Below, one piece after another: positions 31,396-38,563 of a stretch of DNA of 64,000 bases. The stretch is from the NCBI GenBank assembly GCA_007128315.1, contig SKXQ01000054.1, positions 14,377-78,376 on the forward strand, in the 5' to 3' direction. The position numbers and the translations under genes are program-made. Under the pieces are notes generated by a model, which was given only the letters and a program-made list of their open reading frames with translations, was not told the origin of the DNA and did no database searches. This stretch comes from Spirochaetaceae bacterium. Its GTDB lineage: Bacteria; Spirochaetota; Spirochaetia; DSM-27196; SKKC01. The number at the start of each line of letters is the position of its first letter. The first letter of the stretch is position 1.

Positions 31396-31658
31396 AGATG
31401 GGGTGTTAATCCTCCATGACAAACGGAGGCGTGAACTATGAAGAGTGAATGCGTTCCGCCGGACAGGGAAGGCCGGTCATAATCCCGGCACCAGACAGAG
31501 ATCGCAATCGTGCGATTCACTATCCCACCCGTGGCGCCGATCGGCGCACACGAACAGGCGGTCGAGGCGACTGAAGCAGCAAACAGTCGTAGCGGGTATA
31601 CCCCGAAAAATAATGGAAAGACCGCGTCAGCCGGCTCACAAGGAGCCGGCTTTTTTTT
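31396..31658 (+). ncRNA. Candidate structured small RNA (about 260 nt), family not recognised
   Basis: Bounded by the promoter and a U8 terminator. Possible closing helix GGGGUGU(31400)/AUACCCC(31598) and at least 5 local hairpins. Only very short ORFs with a plausible start. Confidence 0.55.
31629..31658 (+). terminator. Intrinsic terminator
   Basis: AGCCGGCTC-ACAAG-GAGCCGGCT followed by a T-run. The U-tract is on the + strand although the adjacent protein gene is on the - strand. Confidence 0.88.
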
Positions 31659-31691
31659 GCCGTCGCCTGCGGTATATGCCCTGTCCGATGA

Positions 31692-32576
31692 TCAGTACGT
31701 CTGGCTGAGAGGGAGCGAGAGTTTCCGCGTCCTGAGGCCTGTGGTCGTAAACAGAAGTTCGCGCGCCTCGTTGTTCACCCATTCGAAGACCGCCCGTGCG
31801 CCGAACCCCTGACTGACGAAGGATGCCGCAGTGTCGATACAGAGGTAGCGGCCCTCGTATCGCTTCAGAAACACCCCCGAGGTCTGGGGCGTATGCCCGC
31901 AAACATATATGTTGGCGCGATTGTTATGGAGAAAGGTATGCAGAACCGTCGTATAGTCGGGTTGCGCGTGCTGCCCTGCAGCGTCGGAACACAGAATGCT
32001 CGTCTCCGGCGAAAACAGCGACAGAGGCAGGTCAGCGTCGCCACGACGAAACGAACGGGCGTGCTGATCGAGCTCCTGTTTTACCGCCCGATTGATGTCG
32101 GCGAGCTGAAGGTCGCGAAAGACCGGAGGCAGGTCGGCTGGAGCGAATATGAAGGGGTCAATCCGGACGACCACCGGCAGCGTGACGAGCCAGCGGGCAA
32201 GCCACCCTCCCGGGGCAAACGCGTGTTCGAATCCGGTCGCTTCGGGATCACTGTCCTCCTGATAGAGGGCACGTTCCGATTTCGAGGAGTCCAGGTGTAT
32301 TCCAAACAGGTTCATGAGTTCGTGCTTACCCAGAAGCGTGTAGACCCTGCTCCCCCGTTTCGGCGCCTGCGCCTGCAGCTGTATCAGCGATCGGTAGATT
32401 GATGCGCTGTCCGGGCCCCGATCGCACACGTTACCGAGAACAACAAATGCAGTCTCTGACGCGGCAAAGCGGCCGTCCGAATCGGTAAGCTCGCAGGCCC
32501 GAAGTATGTCCCGATAGAAGTCTGCTTCTGCGTGAAGATCGCCGACAGCGATGATGCGCTTGAACGCTCGGGCCAT
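31692..32576 (-). CDS. Calcineurin-like metallophosphoesterase (Shewanella-like phosphatase type) with degenerate metal ligands
   Basis: GDLHA, LGNVCDRGPDS, LGKHELMN, FAPAD, CGHTPQ and CIDT occur in the canonical order. Confidence 0.85.
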   Translation of the reverse strand: MARAFKRIIAVGDLHAEADFYRDILRACELTDSDGRFAASETAFVVLGNVCDRGPDSASIYRSLIQLQAQAPKRGSRVYTLLGKHELMNLFGIHLDSSKSERALYQEDSDPEATGFEHAFAPGGWLARWLVTLPVVVRIDPFIFAPADLPPVFRDLQLADINRAVKQELDQHARSFRRGDADLPLSLFSPETSILCSDAAGQHAQPDYTTVLHTFLHNNRANIYVCGHTPQTSGVFLKRYEGRYLCIDTAASFVSQGFGARAVFEWVNNEARELLFTTTGLRTRKLSLPLSQTY

Positions 32577-32605
32577 ACTGGAACCCCCCGAGCCTCAGAT
32601 TTGCA

Positions 32606-33370
32606 TCAGTACATCATGAAAGTCAATACAAGAAACAAGCCCATGCCGAGCAGCCCGACGACCCCGCTTCCTTTAAGGTTCCAGAATGCCAGCTGACCGA
32701 CTGACTCGAGAAACCAGGTCAGAAGATACACAATGAGCAGGGGTACGACCGGGAGCCCGAAGGTTCCGAGGACAAGCCTGACGGCAAAGGTAATCAGACT
32801 TGCACCCAGAAACCAGCCGAAGAGATTCTGAAAGGGAATCCCGAAATACCAGCCATCCTGCTCCCATTCCCAGAACCCCCAGCCGACCATCTGCGGGTCG
32901 AGGAACAGATCCCAGGCTGCAAAAGCCGCACCAGCGACCAGGGAGAAGGCGAAAATATTCCCGCCAGGGACAAGGACGGTCGCGACCGCCCACGCCGGAG
33001 GCATCATCATGATCCAGGCGATGGGGATGAGGACCGGTACCTCTCCGATCTGCGGTTGTAATACCTTTGTGTAGTGATAGCGTCCAAACGGATGGCCGGT
33101 GTGACTACCGACGAACTCGAGCAGCCATCCGAGGACCGCTACGAGGACCGCGGCGATGCCAGTCGCCTGTAATCCCGCCCCGAGAGCCATAAGCGCCAGG
33201 ACGGTTGCTGCCTGCAGCAGCACACCGACGGACACACCCAGGGGGACCGCAGAGTCAGATATTACCCATCGGATGATCGGCAACCCGATCATCGAGAGCA
33301 GCCACACGGTACCGAGCAGCAGGACAGCTACCGGCATCTCAGAGAGCGAAACAATCATGTGTTCAAACAT
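32606..33370 (-). CDS. cruF: Carotenoid biosynthesis membrane protein, CruF-like (carotenoid 1,2-hydratase family)
   Basis: EFVGSHTGHPFGRYHY, VPVLIPIAW, AWDLFLDP, YFGIPFQNLFGW; directly downstream of a lycopene cyclase. Confidence 0.85.
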   Translation of the reverse strand: MFEHMIVSLSEMPVAVLLLGTVWLLSMIGLPIIRWVISDSAVPLGVSVGVLLQAATVLALMALGAGLQATGIAAVLVAVLGWLLEFVGSHTGHPFGRYHYTKVLQPQIGEVPVLIPIAWIMMMPPAWAVATVLVPGGNIFAFSLVAGAAFAAWDLFLDPQMVGWGFWEWEQDGWYFGIPFQNLFGWFLGASLITFAVRLVLGTFGLPVVPLLIVYLLTWFLESVGQLAFWNLKGSGVVGLLGMGLFLVLTFMMY

Positions 33371-33372
33371 AC

Positions 33373-34542
33373 TCAGGACCTTATTACACGCCAGCCCGCT
33401 TTCAGAAAGGTCGGAATGGGTACGGTAGACATAAGTTTCAGATTTTCCCGTATACCACCCTCCTCGTCGAGAAAGCGGAACATACGGGTAACAGGATTCC
33501 GGTCGAAGAACCGAACAAAGACATGTTCGGCAAGATCTCCACGATCGAGCAATACCTGCAGGAGTATGGAGTCAAAACGGAAGTATCGGGGCGGTGTACG
33601 CGGAAGATCAAAGGGATGCCCGGTTCGCTTGAGCGACGCGACGATGGCTTCCGAGTCCCACTGCATGCGCATGAAGGCGTAGCCGGTTGACGCTTTCACC
33701 CGTCCGCCTCTCGTGCCGGTTCGCAGGATGTGACGGCCGCCACGACGCTCAAACGGCTGGTCGGTCATGGGGATAATGCAGGACTCTTCTGCTGTTATCT
33801 CGTAGTCGGTAATTCCGAGAACGCGGTGAATATAATCGTGAATCCGTCGATCGTACTCGTCCGGAGGCAGCGTATCAGGGCTGAACAGCGTGTACTCCAC
33901 GAGGGCCTCACGAGGACTCCAGGGCAGAACGTAGAAGAAACGCATGACATCGTGCTGTGGCGTCCGAAAGTCGAACATGCGCGCGACATCCACGTTAAAA
34001 AAGTCCCGGGCCAGGCGTATCTCGACGCCTTTGAAATGCTGCTTCAGGTTCCGGTACTTCGACTCGTCGACGACAAAGTCCTGGTATTTCCAGAGACTGT
34101 CGAAGACCCACCGGCCACGGTAAGCCCGGCCTCCGGCAACGATTTCCGCGCCGTCGTCGGTGTCGCGGACCTGGTCGACCGAAGCGGTAAGAATCTCCAC
34201 ATGCGGACACGTCGCCAGGCGCTCCTTCACGAAGCGATAGAAGTCCTCGGAGCGAAGCATCTGATACCGGTACGGCGCAAGCGGCAGAACAAGGTCCTTC
34301 CCGTCACCGGTGATCTGCAGGGTATCCCAGCTCCTGCGGGCTATGCCGTCAAATGGTGTATCACCCCTGACCCAGTAACACCAGGTACGGTCGTTCAGGC
34401 GTTTTTCTTCCTCGTCGACGATGAGTATTCGGGAGTTCTCGAAACCGCCTTCGACGAGATGCCAGGCAAGACTCAGGCCTGCTCCTCCGCCACCGGCGAG
34501 AATGAAATCGTAGTCGACGGCGACCGCCTCTGTTTGCGCCAT
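33373..34542 (-). CDS. Lycopene beta-cyclase family FAD protein (CrtY/CrtL type)
   Basis: DFILAGGGGAGLSLA, NDRTWCYW, QHFKG, MFDFR, FFYVLP, LVEYTLFS, IPMTD, GGRVKASTGYAF. Confidence 0.9.
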   Translation of the reverse strand: MAQTEAVAVDYDFILAGGGGAGLSLAWHLVEGGFENSRILIVDEEEKRLNDRTWCYWVRGDTPFDGIARRSWDTLQITGDGKDLVLPLAPYRYQMLRSEDFYRFVKERLATCPHVEILTASVDQVRDTDDGAEIVAGGRAYRGRWVFDSLWKYQDFVVDESKYRNLKQHFKGVEIRLARDFFNVDVARMFDFRTPQHDVMRFFYVLPWSPREALVEYTLFSPDTLPPDEYDRRIHDYIHRVLGITDYEITAEESCIIPMTDQPFERRGGRHILRTGTRGGRVKASTGYAFMRMQWDSEAIVASLKRTGHPFDLPRTPPRYFRFDSILLQVLLDRGDLAEHVFVRFFDRNPVTRMFRFLDEEGGIRENLKLMSTVPIPTFLKAGWRVIRS

Positions 34543-34548
34543 GCCACC

Positions 34549-34600
34549 AATGTACCGCTCGCACATTCGCTTGACAACGAGAAAGCACCGTGCCCACACT
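34549..34600. promoter_or_regulatory. Back-to-back promoters with overlapping -35 boxes (lycopene cyclase / galE)
   Basis: + strand TTGACA(34571)-N18-CACACT-N8-ATG; - strand TTGTCA(34577)-N17-TACATT-N6-ATG. Confidence 0.6.
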
Positions 34601-34608
34601 GCATTCAT

Positions 34609-35586
34609 ATGCGAATACTTGTTGCCGGCGGCGCCGGGTACATCGGCAGTCACGTTACTCGGGCCCTGCTCGATACGGGCTATGAAGTCTGTGTCTTTGA
34701 CGACTTCTCATCGGGTCAGGAAGAGAATCTCTTCCCTGAAGCAGAGCTCGTTCGCGGAAGCATTAAGGACAGCGCCCTGATCGGAGAGACCCTGAGCAGA
34801 GGCTTTGACGCAGTCGTACATCTCGCAGCCTTCAAGGCAGCGGGCGAAAGCATGACCGAACCCGGAAAGTACGCGGACAACAACATCGCCGGTACGATCT
34901 CGCTTCTCAACGCCATGGTCGAGCACGGAATCGGGAACATCGTGTTCTCGAGTTCAGCCGCCGTATACGGGGAGCCACAATACATTCCGGTCGACGAAGC
35001 CCATCCTGCCAACCCGACGAACTTCTACGGCTTTACCAAGCTCGAGATCGAACGGATCATGGGATGGTACGACAGACTCACCGGGCTAAAGAGCGCGTGC
35101 CTGCGCTATTTCAACGCAGCCGGCTACGATACCGACGGGAGGATCGGAGGGCTCGAACGCAACCCTGCGAACTTGCTGCCTGTTATCATGGAAGTTGCCT
35201 CGGGCGCACGAAACGAGCTTTCGATATTCGGGAACGACTACGATACACCGGACGGGACCTGTATTCGCGATTACGTGCACGTGACAGATCTGGCGAACGC
35301 CCACGTCGCTGCGGTGCACTATCTTTTCGAAACGCACGACAGCATCGCAGTGAACCTTGGAAGTGAACAGGGCTACAGCGTGCAGGAAATGCTCGACGTG
35401 GCACGCCGTGTGACCGGAAAGGAGATCCCGTCGAGGATCGTGGCGCGAAGAGCCGGCGATCCTGCGAGACTCGTTGCATCGAGCAGTATGGCGTCACACC
35501 ATTTCAGCTGGGATACGCTGTTTTCAGACCCGGAAACCCTCGTTGCAACAACCTGGGAAGCCTATCAGAAGCACATGAAGGCATAG
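34609..35586 (+). CDS. galE: UDP-glucose 4-epimerase
   Basis: GGAGYIGSH, HLAAFKAAGES, FSSSAAVYG, YGFTK, LRYFNAAG, DGTCIRDYVHV. True start ATG 34609. Confidence 0.97.
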   Translation: MRILVAGGAGYIGSHVTRALLDTGYEVCVFDDFSSGQEENLFPEAELVRGSIKDSALIGETLSRGFDAVVHLAAFKAAGESMTEPGKYADNNIAGTISLLNAMVEHGIGNIVFSSSAAVYGEPQYIPVDEAHPANPTNFYGFTKLEIERIMGWYDRLTGLKSACLRYFNAAGYDTDGRIGGLERNPANLLPVIMEVASGARNELSIFGNDYDTPDGTCIRDYVHVTDLANAHVAAVHYLFETHDSIAVNLGSEQGYSVQEMLDVARRVTGKEIPSRIVARRAGDPARLVASSSMASHHFSWDTLFSDPETLVATTWEAYQKHMKA

Positions 35587-35597
35587 CCTCGGATCGA

Positions 35598-36518
35598 TCA
35601 GTTCTCTACCCACGTCGACACATACTCAACACCGCGCGGCATCCAGGATGGTTTCCGTTCCGTCCAGGCGCCTCCGAAACCGAGCTCATCGGCGACGGCG
35701 GAGAAGTGAGCCATGGCAACGCCGGCGTCGATGCGCTGCATATCCACGTCCTTGATGGCCTTGTCGAACCCGGTCGTTCGAGCCACAAACAGATGCAGCA
35801 GATCGGGGCCGCTGTCGGCGCTGTAGCGGTACACCCGCCACGGCTGCTGATTGGAGGTCGACGGGGCAAGCCGAACTGCTTCCAGCATGGCCTCGAAATC
35901 TGCGGCGGAAGCCGGGGTCAGCGGAAACGGTGAGGACTGTGGCTTGTCATCATCATCCCAGAACTCCACCTCGAAAAAGAGCTCCGACCAGCGTTTCCGT
36001 TTGCGCGCACCGACGGCGAAGCGGATCGACCCGTCACTGACAGTCCGGCGGCGGGCAGGATACCCGATAGGCACCACAGCGGGAATGAGCACATCCCGGT
36101 CGAGACCGAGTGCCTTCGCGAATCCACCGCGGTTGAAGGTTCCACCAAGCCAGCACGTAGAGACAAAACTCGCCTCGACGTGGAGCACCGCCTGCTCGAG
36201 TACGAAGCCGAAATCCTCCATGCTGTGACGCCCCTTCTGCACGTAGCCGACAATGAACTGAGCGGGATTATGCACGACACCGTAAGGTGCCCGCTCGGAG
36301 ATATCGGCAATCATGGCGTCATCAGCGGGAACAAGCGCGAGCCCTACCGGTGATCCGAAAGGAGGATCGTTTACCTTTTCCAACAGGTCGCGAACCTGTG
36401 CTTCATCCTCAGCCGACAAGGGCTGCCCGTCGAATGCTCGACAGCTGAGCCGCGAGGCTATAACTTCTCTGGCGTTTTTCACGATACTACTCTTCCTGCC
36501 GGTCTTTTTCTCGCACAA
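35598..36518 (-). CDS. Nitroreductase-family protein
   Basis: RLSCRAF, TCWLGGTFNR, AVRLAPSTSNQQPWR, IDAGVAMAHF. Start may be GTG near 36482. Confidence 0.88.
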   Translation of the reverse strand: MCEKKTGRKSSIVKNAREVIASRLSCRAFDGQPLSAEDEAQVRDLLEKVNDPPFGSPVGLALVPADDAMIADISERAPYGVVHNPAQFIVGYVQKGRHSMEDFGFVLEQAVLHVEASFVSTCWLGGTFNRGGFAKALGLDRDVLIPAVVPIGYPARRRTVSDGSIRFAVGARKRKRWSELFFEVEFWDDDDKPQSSPFPLTPASAADFEAMLEAVRLAPSTSNQQPWRVYRYSADSGPDLLHLFVARTTGFDKAIKDVDMQRIDAGVAMAHFSAVADELGFGGAWTERKPSWMPRGVEYVSTWVEN

Positions 36519-36607
36519 TGCACCTGCAGAGTATACAGGATTATGCGCACGACGGCGACCGTACCTTTTGCCCGATGCGCCTCATTCCGGGTAGAATGTC
36601 ATCCGAC

Positions 36608-37885
36608 ATGATAGAACATATTAGCACTCCACCCGGGGTGATCCTGGTCGGTGTCCGACACAGGGAAATGACGGTTTCCGAAGCACAGCAGCACGTAGCG
36701 GAGCTTGCCCGCCTGGTTGATACGCTCGGCTACGCCGTCCTCGACACGAAGGTGCTTCGCGGAAGCACACCGAATCCCGGGCTGTTTATCGGAAGCGGAC
36801 AGGCGGAAGAACTGGCCCGTCTCGCTGACGACCTGGAAGCGGAAGCACTCATTTTTGATGACGAGCTTTCGCCATCCCAGCAGCGTAATCTCGAACGGCG
36901 CACCCGGGTTGCCGTCTCCGATCGCCACGAGATCATTCTCGAGATCTTCCACGAGCACGCGGTCACCCGGGAGGCCCGACTGCAGGTCGAGAAAGCCGAA
37001 CTCGCCTACCAGCTGCCGCGTCTGCGGCGCGCATGGACGCACCTGTCGCGCCAGCGTGGTGGGGCGAAGGGTACGCGGGGCGAAGGTGAAACGCAGCTGG
37101 AAATCGACCGGCGGCGAATAACGGCACGGCAGCAGCAACTGGAAAGGGAACTGACTGAGGTACGTCGTCACCGTTCGACCATGCGGCAGAAACGCGAGGC
37201 CGTACCTGTTCCTACCCTCGCCCTTGTCGGATATACGAACGCCGGCAAATCGAGCCTCATGACCGCGCTCACGGGAAAGAAGGTGCTCAGACAGGACAAG
37301 CTTTTCGCAACGCTGGATCCGAAGTCATCGCGGATGGTGCTGCCCGGCGGAGTCGAGGTGATTGTCACTGACACAGTCGGGTTTATCAGAAAGCTGCCTC
37401 ACGATCTCGTCGAGGCGTTTCGGAGCACCCTTGAGGAAACGATCCGCGCCGACATTCTTCTCCACGTCGTCGACGCCTCGAGTCCACAGGCGGGGGATGA
37501 AGCCGCGACGACACGCGCAGTACTTTCGGAGATTGGAGCAGATACGGCGTCCATTGTCGTCGTGCTGAACAAGATGGATCTGCTCGGCTACGACAGGGAG
37601 TCGATCGCCCGGGCGTCCGTACACGTCGCGGGAGTCGACAGCGGTATACCGGTGAGCAGTCTGACCGGAGCCGGTATAGACGACCTGCGCGCACGCGTGG
37701 CCGAACTTGTCACGAGCAGCAGAGTCGAAGCGGACCTGGTCATTCCACCGGACCGATGGGATCTTGTGGCCATGCTTCACCGGGAAGGCCGAGTAATCAC
37801 CGAAGTCATGGAACAGGAAAACGTTCATGTTCGAGCTGAACTGGGCGGCAGGCTCAGGCAGGTTCTCGCGGAATTCGTCGTGTAA
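36608..37885 (+). CDS. hflX: GTPase HflX
   Basis: LSPSQQRNLE, ARLQVE, GEGETQLEIDRR, GYTNAGKS, LFATLDP, DTVGFI, NKMD. Confidence 0.97.
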   Translation: MIEHISTPPGVILVGVRHREMTVSEAQQHVAELARLVDTLGYAVLDTKVLRGSTPNPGLFIGSGQAEELARLADDLEAEALIFDDELSPSQQRNLERRTRVAVSDRHEIILEIFHEHAVTREARLQVEKAELAYQLPRLRRAWTHLSRQRGGAKGTRGEGETQLEIDRRRITARQQQLERELTEVRRHRSTMRQKREAVPVPTLALVGYTNAGKSSLMTALTGKKVLRQDKLFATLDPKSSRMVLPGGVEVIVTDTVGFIRKLPHDLVEAFRSTLEETIRADILLHVVDASSPQAGDEAATTRAVLSEIGADTASIVVVLNKMDLLGYDRESIARASVHVAGVDSGIPVSSLTGAGIDDLRARVAELVTSSRVEADLVIPPDRWDLVAMLHREGRVITEVMEQENVHVRAELGGRLRQVLAEFVV

Positions 37886-37992
37886 ACCATCTACCGTATT
37901 CCGACAACGGTTTTCAAGGTTTTTTTTCTGTTTGTGTATACAGATTGTCGATTGAACAGATATTCTGTCTACTGAAATCCGGGAGACCGACC

Positions 37993-38553
37993 ATGTCGAG
38001 ACAGAAAGAAGTCGTGTACTGCCACACCTATCATTCACCCCTGGGCGACCTTTACCTTGCCGTCGATCGGCGCGGACACGTTCTCAGGGTAAGTTTTGTC
38101 GAGTTTCTGCCCTGGGCGCCACATCTTGATTTCGAGACGAACAAGTATGCCTGCGGAGAGCTCGAGCTCCAGCTCGACGAGTATTTTCAGGGTCTACGGA
38201 CCGCGTTTTCGCTGGAAACACGGGTCGACGGCACCGAGTTCCAACAGTCTGTCTGGAAGAAGCTCAGCAAACTGCCCTACGGTTCAACGACGACCTACAG
38301 CGAGCTTGCCGCGCGTATCGGTCGCAACCGCGCCGCACGGGCTGTCGGAAACGCCATGGCGGAGAATCCGGTCTGTATTCTTATTCCCTGCCACCGCGTT
38401 CTGCCGACCAGCGGTGGAATAGGGAAATACGGTGCCCGACACCTGCCACTCGAAATCGGACGCGACCGGAAGCGGTATCTGCTTTCGCTGGAGCGACAGA
38501 CGAACAGCGATTCGCTTGATCTGTTCGCGGCTGCCTCGGTGGCCATCGCCTGA
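37993..38553 (+). CDS. ogt: Methylated-DNA--protein-cysteine methyltransferase
   Basis: SPLGDL, QLDEYFQG, GTEFQQSVW, PYGSTTTY, RAVGNA, active site IPCHRV. Confidence 0.94.
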   Translation: MSRQKEVVYCHTYHSPLGDLYLAVDRRGHVLRVSFVEFLPWAPHLDFETNKYACGELELQLDEYFQGLRTAFSLETRVDGTEFQQSVWKKLSKLPYGSTTTYSELAARIGRNRAARAVGNAMAENPVCILIPCHRVLPTSGGIGKYGARHLPLEIGRDRKRYLLSLERQTNSDSLDLFAAASVAIA

Positions 38554-38563
38554 AACTGCTTCG

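Noticed and set aside
31400-31412. GGGGUGUUAAUCC, resembling part of the c-di-AMP (ydaO) riboswitch, near a DAC gene
   Set aside because: The other conserved blocks (GGGGGA/GGAGGAAC, CCGUCAGCUAAC) are not present in the right order.
31463-31492. AGGGAA-GGCCGGU-CAUAAUC-CCGGCAC, resembling a cobalamin riboswitch core
   Set aside because: The downstream GCCACUG and B12-box elements are absent, and there is no same-strand gene to regulate.
31552-31582. CAGG...AAGCAGC, resembling SRP RNA helix 8
   Set aside because: No GNRA tetraloop on a short stem and the flanking pairs do not form; not callable as SRP.
31510-31812. 100-aa + strand ORF in the intergenic unit
   Set aside because: Runs through the terminator into the convergent gene, has no SD, and has no protein-like motif.
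33730-34608. Apparent long N-terminal extension of GalE in the ORF track
   Set aside because: It is the antisense frame of the lycopene cyclase gene; GalE homology starts at ATG 34609.
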